A stretch of DNA of 63,892 nt, the filler included, from Aduncisulcus paluster (Eukaryota), in the NCBI GenBank assembly GCA_024181965.1. It is 3 parts of 3 records of this genome, joined end to end, with 100 filler letters (N's around TTAATTAATTAA, not from the genome) between each part and the next. Parts side by side here need not be neighbours in the genome. Positions count along the whole stretch, not along the records: positions 29,567 to 58,109 come from BQXS01012695.1; positions 58,210 to 63,892 come from BQXS01012700.1; 1 more part is not named here. The stretch is one strand, 5' to 3'. Positions within the stretch are counted from its first letter, which is position 1; each line of letters begins with the position of its first letter. This document shows positions 55,774 to 63,892 of this stretch, one piece after another. The notes under the pieces were generated by a model. It was not told where the DNA came from, made no database searches, and worked only from the letters and a program-made list of their open reading frames with translations. The translations under genes were made by a program, and so were the position numbers.

Positions 55774-57498
55774 TTACTTATGTTCTGAAGATATCCTTCT
55801 TTTTCCAATTTTAGGCTGTTTGCCACACACTAACTTAGAACTCTGTTCTGAAAGGTTTCCAAGTTTCCATGGAAGTAGAGATAATCGATCAGCTGCAATG
55901 GTTTCCTCGTTGATAGTAAATACAAGGGAGTCGATATCGAAACTTACAGCGTCCCTATTACTCCACGTTCCTTTCCCTTTAATCTCACACAATACAACGT
56001 TATCCAAATCAATAGGAAGGAAGTGCCATTCATATTTATGTTTAGGTCTTGTGAATTCATACTTTTTGTTTATCTTCTTACCAGCACAATCAGTGAAAGT
56101 GAAGAGAAGAGAGGGTGAACTATAATCATCATTCACACAGATATAAGCACCTTTCATTGGACTAGGTGATGGGAAAGGGATGGAAAGATGGGATAAGTAA
56201 ACACCACATTCCCCTTTTAACATTTTTTGTGCTTCTGAACTCTGATCATACTCCTTAGATCCCTTTATATACGAATCATCCTTGCACTTAACCATTGAGA
56301 ATGAAGGAGCAACAAGCTTTGGATCATCTCGTGGAATGGGAATAGATTCTTCATCTCCTTTCTTAACAAACTCTGGTTTCACAACTTGAGCTTCAGACCA
56401 TAATTTCTCTTTGGCTTCACGAGCTTTGATTTCTTCAGGAGTTTCTTCTTCAAGGAAAAAAAGGGATTCGATTCTAAAACACCGACTATTCTTTTTATAC
56501 CACCTTCCTTTCCCTTCAATCTCACACAATCCAACATTATCTAAATCAATAGGAAGGAAGTGCCATTCACAGTTATGTTTAGGTCTTGTGAATTCATACT
56601 TCTTGAATGTCTTCTTACCATCACAATCAGTGAAAGTGAAGAGAAGAGAGGGTGGACTGAAACGCTGATGAACACATAAATAAGCACCTTTCATGGGACT
56701 AGGTGATCGGAAAGGGATGGAAAGATGGGATAACCATACATAATCACCCCCTCTTAACATTTTTTGTGCATTTACACTCTGATCATACCACAGAAATGTG
56801 CCCTTTCTCACCGAATCATTCTTGCACTTAACCATTGCCAATGTTCTCAGTGAGCATGTAGGATCTACAATATGTGGATCATCACATGGAAGGTCAATAT
56901 ATTCCACATCTTCTCCCTTTACAAATTCAGGTTTCACAACTGGAGCTTCAGACCATAATTTCTCTCTGGCTTTACGAGATTTGAGTTCTTCAGGAGTTTC
57001 TTCTCTAATGAAAACAAGGTAGATGATTCCAAAATACTTTTCTTCTCTTCCTTTCCCTTTAATCTTACACAGAACAACATCAGGGAGATCAACAGGAAGG
57101 AAATACCAATGATAGCCTTTAAATTCAGGAAATTTATATTTCTTGGATGTTTTATCACCCTTTGAAGATGTGAGAGTGAAGATAAGGTGTGATGGAGATG
57201 AAGAATCACCATCAAGACAGATGTAAGCCCCTTTCATTGGGGAAGATGAAGAGAAAGTAATCCAGATATGGGTAAAATGTTCACTATTACCCACTCCTCT
57301 CATCATCCTTTGTGCATAATAACTCTGATCGGACTTTTTATCACCTTCTTTGTTGGTTACAGCTATTGCTTTGATAGTTGGAAACTTTGTACTCTTAATA
57401 TTGGGTGCATCTCCAGGAATTGGACAACAAGCCTCATCTCCTTGATGAACAAACAGAGGTTCAACAGTTTGAATAACAGAATCTGTGGATGAACGCAT
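55774..57498 (-). CDS. Paralog of the 33553 gene: three tandem ~170-aa beta-rich repeats, no effector domain
   Basis: Same repeat framework (YDQS..AQ.M..G, SHLSIPF, GAYIC, KKYEF, WHFLPIDLDNV.LCEI.GKG) and EETPEE...REKLWSEA linkers. Confidence 0.8.
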   Translation of the reverse strand: MRSSTDSVIQTVEPLFVHQGDEACCPIPGDAPNIKSTKFPTIKAIAVTNKEGDKKSDQSYYAQRMMRGVGNSEHFTHIWITFSSSSPMKGAYICLDGDSSSPSHLIFTLTSSKGDKTSKKYKFPEFKGYHWYFLPVDLPDVVLCKIKGKGREEKYFGIIYLVFIREETPEELKSRKAREKLWSEAPVVKPEFVKGEDVEYIDLPCDDPHIVDPTCSLRTLAMVKCKNDSVRKGTFLWYDQSVNAQKMLRGGDYVWLSHLSIPFRSPSPMKGAYLCVHQRFSPPSLLFTFTDCDGKKTFKKYEFTRPKHNCEWHFLPIDLDNVGLCEIEGKGRWYKKNSRCFRIESLFFLEEETPEEIKAREAKEKLWSEAQVVKPEFVKKGDEESIPIPRDDPKLVAPSFSMVKCKDDSYIKGSKEYDQSSEAQKMLKGECGVYLSHLSIPFPSPSPMKGAYICVNDDYSSPSLLFTFTDCAGKKINKKYEFTRPKHKYEWHFLPIDLDNVVLCEIKGKGTWSNRDAVSFDIDSLVFTINEETIAADRLSLLPWKLGNLSEQSSKLVCGKQPKIGKRRISSEHK

Positions 57499-58050
57499 TT
57501 GAATAGAGATAGAATTTCTTATCTAAAATATAAAAACAAGCAGAATAATGAATGAATCCAATTAAAATATTTCTTAATATCCATCTAATAAAAGATGCAA
57601 CATATAGTAAACATACAATTTGCTTGTTTGCCAAGAAATCGAAAAAAATGGAGGACTGAACAAGCAACCCTTCAATAGATAAGATTGGAAATTTAAAAAA
57701 ACACATATAAACGAGTTAAATGCTGGTAAATGCTAAAAACATGTTTTATTTTCATTTCAATGTCATGGTGTTAATTCTCGATATCTCAGGCTTTTGGAGA
57801 ACCCTCAGGACTGGATATAGTTCTATTTCACGTGTTAAGAACATTTATGAACGATTTCAATGCTATTCAATAACATGGATATATTTCCATTTCATTTATA
57901 TCCTTATCCTTGCCTTTCTGTTTCATTTTCACTTGCTTTTGCTTACAATCAAAAATATCAAGAACTCGGAATACGATGGTATACATATGTCTGTATACTG
58001 CTACGAATCTAATCCCCTGATGCTTCATGGAACATGACATTTCCCCGCCG

Positions 58051-58109
58051 TCAAATCCAAATCCAACTCCAAATCCAAATCCAACTCCAATTCCAACTCC
58101 AATTCCAAC
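58051..58109. repeat. Degenerate hexamer microsatellite (TCCAAH)n at the contig end
   Basis: TCCAAA/TCCAAC/TCCAAT units, about 10 copies. Confidence 0.85.
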
Positions 58110-58209
58110 NNNNNNNNNNNNNNNNNNNNNNNNNNNNNNNNNNNNNNNNNNNNTTAATTAATTAANNNNNNNNNNNNNNNNNNNNNNNNNNNNNNNNNNN
58201 NNNNNNNNN
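58110..58209. other. Artificial contig spacer N44-TTAATTAATTAA-N44
   Basis: Identical in form to the spacer at 29467. Confidence 0.97.
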
Positions 58210-58248
58210 TGAATTACTTTTTGACGATTTTATACTCCCGATATAATA

Positions 58249-59343
58249 TTAACCTTCAGGAACGAATTCCATATCTTTTATGGCCATGGCAGCTATCATT
58301 CCAGCTAATTGGACGAAATTATCGTGACCTCTTATAATTCTGCAATGAGTTTGACCGACTATTTTCAAAAAGTGGAGCATTACTACCTCTTCCAGCGTTG
58401 AGTGATTACTAACAACTCTGAAAACACTTTTAACGATATCTTCTGCACAAAATCCTTGTTTCCAAAGATCCTTTAATACAAACAAAGCCTCATCAAGCTC
58501 ACTTTTCTGACAATGCTCAACCATAGTCATCACTGCACGAGGATGGGGAATATCGGAAACCTCAAGAACATTCCGCTGGGTGAGATGAGAATGGACAACT
58601 GAAGCAGCTTGGGCAGCATTGAGAGCAACACGCATATCTCCATCAGAAATATCGGCAAGAACATCAATAGCCTCGTCATCAAAAGATATACCTTCAGTAA
58701 TTAATACTTTTCTAACTCTCTCACCAACGTCAGGTGGTGAAAGCTTCGAAAATCTGAGGATAGCACAACGAGATTGGATGGGTTCAATTATTTTTGAACT
58801 CATATTGCACGCCAGAGCAAATCTTGTTGTAGTACTATATAATTCCATTATTCTCCTTAATGCCTGTTGTGCTGGTGGGGTCATGGCATCAGCTTCATCA
58901 AGAATAACTAGTTTATGGGTACCTGGTGGAAGAGTAACCTTCCGTTGGGCAAAAGATTTAATTTTCGAGCGAACAACATCAATTCCACGCTCATCAGATG
59001 CATTTAATTCAAGAACAGCTTGGCTCATGGATTTTCCTAATAAATGACGGGCCAAACAATGGATAGTGGTTGTTTTTCCTGTCCCAGGAGGACCCTATAA
59101 TCCAAAATAAAAATAGAAATAAAATAAAAAAAAAGAAAAAAGAGGTAAATAAAAGGAATTTTATAAATTCAAAATGTCATATACGAGAAAAAAGTAAAAT
59201 AGCAGCAAGACACATACAGCAAGAATGAGATTAGACACATTTCCATGTCTAGCTATGACTTTCAATCTAGACACAATATCAGTATTTCCAACAACATCTT
59301 CAAGAAATTTTGGCCTGTGTTTCTCAATCCAGGGGGACTGCAT
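58249..59343 (-). CDS. RFC2: Replication factor C small subunit (human RFC2 / yeast Rfc4 type), 2 exons (59343-59218, 59094-58249)
   Basis: [56 protein letters not shown] intron 59217-59095 in frame. Confidence 0.93.
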
Positions 59344-59569
59344 CCTTACCAAAACAGACTTATTAAATGTGATCTATTATTTGGGATTTGGGGGCTTAAA
59401 ATATGGGCAATGAAATCATTTTAAGATTCTTAATACATTGAAGAATATAATTATGATATTTTTGAAGATGAAAAATATGGAGTAATTTTGAAGGAGACTT
59501 TTCGGTTTTGACACTCTAATTTGGTCCCGTTTACGATCTTAAGCTTTTTTTACAAAATAATTTATCCAT

Positions 59570-61030
59570 ATGTTAACTTCGGATGAACACGAACATTATT
59601 ATTTATTTTTATTCTCTCTGCCGTACGCCCTTGAACTTCCTCTTAGTACTGTTGATGAAGCAAAGTATAGGGCACAACGTCAAAAATTTGAAAAAGAACG
59701 GATCAATTTAGTTTACAATTGCGTCAGCAAATTTCATTTTGAAAAGTTTTCTTCAACTGTTTCATTTTTACCTTTGGGTCAAACGAAAGAAAACCCTCAC
59801 CCATCTTCTCTTAAACACAATGTATTAAAAATATGCCTTTCATTCCCTTTTCTGTCTGACGAAGACCGGATGCTTTTGGATACCACTGTTTTTCAATCTA
59901 TTTACGATTCCTTGGGAAAAAAAGAATTTTTTCTATCAACAAGAAATATTTCTGATACTTTTTTAACGTGTTATAGTTTTCCATACACTTGTAAACCTCT
60001 TCGTCGAGTAGCTGCTCGAAATCATAAACATTATTTTATTGTGAAAGCTGACGATTTTTCGAACGAATTTCCAAAAGCCCTTGTGATAGGATTTGAAACC
60101 AAGCAAGAAATGCAATTATTTTCGAAATGGCTTGAGAAGGAAGTCCGTCATTCAAAGAAAAGATCCCATCCGAGAGATGACGTTCCGGGACAGATGTATA
60201 TCCATATTACACCTTCATACAGGCAACAAAGTGGTCCTAAGAGTGGATATCAGGACTATTATCCACAGTATTATCCCTCACAATACCCTATTCCTCCTAG
60301 AGGCGATCACTCCTCCTCCAGTGAATATGGCTATCATCAAAAGATTCAATTCCAGGGACCGTACTCTTCTCATCGCCAACCTCCACCAAGAAGTGCTTTC
60401 CATGACGGTGGACACACATTTGACCCTTCCTCGATGGCCTACATGGCTCATCCTCAGGGTAGTGTCTTGTACTCAAGCCTTCCTCAAACCCTCACAAGGA
60501 CTTCCTTTTCACAGCCCACTTTGACATCTCATGGGTATCAGCATCTGCACCAACATCCTCCTTCTTCGATGCACCCTGACTCTGCCGAATCCCGCATATC
60601 TCCTTCCGACTCGTTTGGCTCATACACACCCGTTCTGGCCCAACAAGGGTATGGCCGAGGCGGTGCAACCTCAATGCCAGCAATGTACACGTCATCTGGT
60701 GGTCCAGATCGTCTTCATGGTCCACACATGCGTTTCACTCCTCCTGCATCAAGATATTCCGCTGGATCATCATTTCCTCTTTCCCATAGCTTCCATGGGC
60801 AACTGAGCGATGTGTCTTCGTCTCCTTCTCTTTGTGAAGCTTCTCAAACGACTACAATTGCTTCTTCAACCACCGCAAGTTCTTCCTCGACTTCAACGTT
60901 GACGAGCTCTAGATCAACGGAAAGAGGGAAATCCGTGGAAGGTGGAAGATCTGTAGAGGGATCTGTTAGTCCTGGCGGAAGTTATAGGTCCTCTTCGTAT
61001 CCTTATCACATTCCTGATCAATATCTGTGA
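59570..61030 (+). CDS. Uncharacterised protein, globular N-half and S/P/H/Y-rich low-complexity C-half
   Basis: 486-aa ATG ORF; 3' end duplicated at 61206-61505 across a 20-N gap. Confidence 0.7.
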   Translation: MLTSDEHEHYYLFLFSLPYALELPLSTVDEAKYRAQRQKFEKERINLVYNCVSKFHFEKFSSTVSFLPLGQTKENPHPSSLKHNVLKICLSFPFLSDEDRMLLDTTVFQSIYDSLGKKEFFLSTRNISDTFLTCYSFPYTCKPLRRVAARNHKHYFIVKADDFSNEFPKALVIGFETKQEMQLFSKWLEKEVRHSKKRSHPRDDVPGQMYIHITPSYRQQSGPKSGYQDYYPQYYPSQYPIPPRGDHSSSSEYGYHQKIQFQGPYSSHRQPPPRSAFHDGGHTFDPSSMAYMAHPQGSVLYSSLPQTLTRTSFSQPTLTSHGYQHLHQHPPSSMHPDSAESRISPSDSFGSYTPVLAQQGYGRGGATSMPAMYTSSGGPDRLHGPHMRFTPPASRYSAGSSFPLSHSFHGQLSDVSSSPSLCEASQTTTIASSTTASSSSTSTLTSSRSTERGKSVEGGRSVEGSVSPGGSYRSSSYPYHIPDQYL

Positions 61031-63462
61031 GGTATATCTTTGAGTTACTTTCGACATGGCTATCTTTGTTCCTTTTCTTGTTTTTTGTTCCCTTTTTTTT
61101 TAGATTTTAAATTATAAATTTTCTACATAATATTCTTAATTTTATTTTTCCATGTGATAGTTTGAAAACATTTTTCTTGTTTAATNNNNNNNNNNNNNNN
61201 NNNNNCCTCGACTTCAACGTTGACGAGCTCTAGATCAACGGAAAGAGGGAAATCCGTGGAAGGTGGAAGATCTGTAGAGGGATCTGTTAGTCCTGGCGGA
61301 AGTTATAGGTCCTCTTCGTATCCTTATCACATTCCTGATCAATATCTGTGAGGTATATCTTTGAGTTACTTTCGACATGGCTATCTTTGTTCCTTTTCTT
61401 GTTTTTTGTTCCCTTTTTTTTTAGATTTTAAATTATAAATTTTCTACATAATATTCTTAATTTTATTTTTCCATGTGATAGTTTGAAAACATTTTTCTTG
61501 TTTAATTTGCGAATGATTCGACTGTAATTTTAAATTTAAAATGAATCGGGCATTTTTGTTTATTCCCTTTAAAATGAAGAAGAAAAATGAGTTTTGTGTT
61601 CTTAGCTCCTGACTTTCTCACCTTTTTTTAAAAATAACTATATTTTATTATCTTATTCCTCATGTTTCCTGTCTGAATCTATTTTTATCACCCCAACAAC
61701 ACTGCTGTATTGAATCTTTATGTCAATTTCACTCTGATCTCTATGATACAAATCAATATTTCTTCTGCTTTTCTTCAATGAATTGTGTGGTTTTGTATCG
61801 AATTATACTAATTTGTTTCCTTTTTATACTCTCTGATACATTGTGACTCAGGTTTTCATTCAAAAATTCCAATTATAAAATCCTCATAATTGACTTTTCT
61901 TCTCAATGACAATGTATTATCTGTATTATAATTACGACAATTTCCAAAATTCACCCATAGTTGACAGCAGTATGCCATAATTTATTAAATTATCTGGAAT
62001 TATGGAGTTGATTCACTTTCTGTTGTATTGAACCTCCTCAACCCCATGATTTTAACACATTATTGTTTTTTCTTGATATGAATTGTTCTCGAAATTATTA
62101 TTTTTATTTCTATAATTAGATTTTTTTAAAAGAGAATGGAGGATTTTGATGTCTGCGCACAGCTCGGAAAGGTTTGGAAATGGGGGTGCAAAGAATGGGA
62201 AAATGTCAACTATTTCGAAAGAGATACGGTTGATTTTGTCAAAGAAAACTCTAGGATGGACTTGACAACCTTTTCTCCAAGAAATCTATTTTCAAAAATC
62301 ACTTCCTTTGGCATTCTTTCACTCCAAGTACCCGTTGTGTGATCTCATGATTCTGTACATACAGATCTACTATTTGTTTAAAAGATGTGAATTGTTCCAA
62401 TTCTCTCATCGAGAAACTTAATTGCTAAAATAATTCGAGATTCAAAAAAAAAATTATATACAATTCTTTTTGTTAAAATTTGCGAATCTCGATCAGAATA
62501 TCAACTTTTTCTTTTGACTTTCGTTTTTTCCCCATCTTGGAATGTAATTTTTATCCCTTTTTGTTTCGAGTTTTGCTCGACTCGTTCCTCATTTTCTACA
62601 TACTTTCATCTTTCTTTGACATCATTTCCTCCTCTTTTTTCTTATTTGAATAACTCAATTAGAAAGATATTTGACGTTCTATACCTCTTTCAATTTGAGT
62701 TCCCAATCCAACACCACGTTTATTTCCAAAACAAAAATGTTCTAAATTTTTCCGTTTATTTTTTATATTTTTTATTTACTATTATTCGTTAAATTGTTAT
62801 TTAATTCAACATCCCAACCATAATTCCCCTGCATTTTTCGATTTCTTTTGATCATCTTGTTTCTTGATGACCGGAAATAATCGAAACTAATGTCATTGTA
62901 TTTTAAGTGGAGAATTGGTTTTATCAGCTTCATAAAAAAATTTTATTTGAGATTTCAACAATTTTCTTGATAATACTTTCTATCAACCATCCGTTATCGT
63001 TTTGTTAGGCTTTTTTTTCTCTTACTTCCTTGAGAACAGCATCTCATAGTGGGAACTTAAATTGTGATTTCCAATATTTGGCTTTATTTCTTATCGTATC
63101 TCAAGAAATTTGACATATTTAGTCTGGAAGTTATTCCCTCGATGTAGATGGCCAATAAATAAAGAAATAATAAATACTTTGGAATATGGAACCCGCTTCA
63201 GAATATTTTGCAGATTTTATGTGATATTGTTAGTATGATGGTATTACAATGTTGTTTATTTATTATTGACAGAAACTATTATTATTATTTATTATTTTGA
63301 AGTTATCATCTTATTATATTAAAGGATTAAGAATGTTTTATTTTTTTTGGTTCCGGTTTGGTTTCAAATCCAAAAACTGGGAATTTATATTTTATTTCAA
63401 AATAGTAAATTTGCTCCAAGCATAAATTCTGTAGAACAGCTAACAATAATATTATTGAACAA

Positions 63463-63892
63463 ATGCCAGCTACAGTTCAAACTACAAGTGGTGCAACGGT
63501 AGACGTACCGTGTTTGCGCAAATACACTTTGGAAGATCTCAATGAATTTTTCTTGAGATATGATGCATATAAATCGAATCCGAGAGTTTCGAGTCCTTCT
63601 TCTTGGATAAGGTTGATCGATCCGGCCCTGCTTTCATCGTTGAAAGATATTTTGGGTTTTGGAGTCATTGATAGTACTGAAGAATTAAAAAAGTTCAAAA
63701 AGGCTTTGTATGAACTTGACGGTCCTACTTCTTCATTTGATTTGCACACTGAACTTGCTGGGGTGTGTATGAAGAAAGATTTGTCGGTGGTATCCTTTAT
63801 TGAGTACGTAAAATCGTTCAAGGCGAAGGTACAACAAGCTCCTGATTTGGGAGTAGATAAGACGATCGTTGGAATCTTTTTAAAGAACTCAT
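63463..63892 (+). mobile_element. Gag-like ORF (putative LTR retrotransposon capsid), runs off the window end
   Basis: Manual translation, no stop in 143 codons: MPATVQTTSGATVDVPCLRKYTLEDLNEFFLRYDAYK...MKKDLSVVSFIEYVKSFKAKV...DKTIVGIFLKNS; possible PBS TGGTTCCGGT at 63348. Confidence 0.55.

Noticed and set aside
33553..57498. Diversity-generating retroelement acting on the repeat family
   Set aside because: No RT or template repeat in the window, and loop differences are not adenine-specific
58051..58109. Telomeric repeat
   Set aside because: Degenerate units, and the C-rich strand points toward the contig end, the wrong polarity for a telomere here
62136..62342. MEDFDVCAQLGK resembling the first exon of a protein kinase
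   Set aside because: No downstream kinase exons or motifs in the window, and the donor would be GTTTGG rather than GTATGT
63477..63821. Minus-strand 114-aa ORF
   Set aside because: Antisense shadow of the more protein-like plus-strand Gag-like frame

Overview
AT-rich, gene-dense eukaryotic (protist) DNA read with the standard genetic code. Introns are few, short, GTATGT..AG and close to the start codon. Gene content (SF-assemblin/beta-giardin, Nar1, Spo11, a bacterial-type GltS, a large lineage-specific repeat family) suggests a flagellated metamonad/fornicate such as a Carpediemonas-like organism; this is inference only. The window is not contiguous: two artificial N44-TTAATTAATTAA-N44 spacers (29467-29566, 58110-58209) join three pieces, and many 20-N gaps are flanked by duplicated sequence. 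Piece 1 (1-29466) is mostly housekeeping: PRKRIP1-like, PTH2, SmB, NAR1, a HeH/LEM-like membrane protein, GltS, SF-assemblin, SPO11, Hikeshi, NUP107, gamma-SNAP, AP-1 mu, a PP2A-family phosphatase and a beta-rich fibre-like protein. Piece 2 (29567-58109) is an accessory, rearranged region. It holds an LTR-like relic, a 5'-truncated GH65 fragment, two members of a modular beta-sandwich-repeat family (one fused to ankyrin + HExxH protease-like domain), a BPI/LBP protein with an inserted PA14-like domain, a giant mis-assembled PTEN-like gene and a candidate axonemal MIP. Piece 3 holds an RFC small subunit, an unknown gene and the start of a Gag-like ORF missed by the ORF track. Best novelty candidates: the modular variable-loop repeat/effector family, the BPI-PA14 chimera, and the 24-bp direct repeat bracketing a 4.8-kb captured segment.
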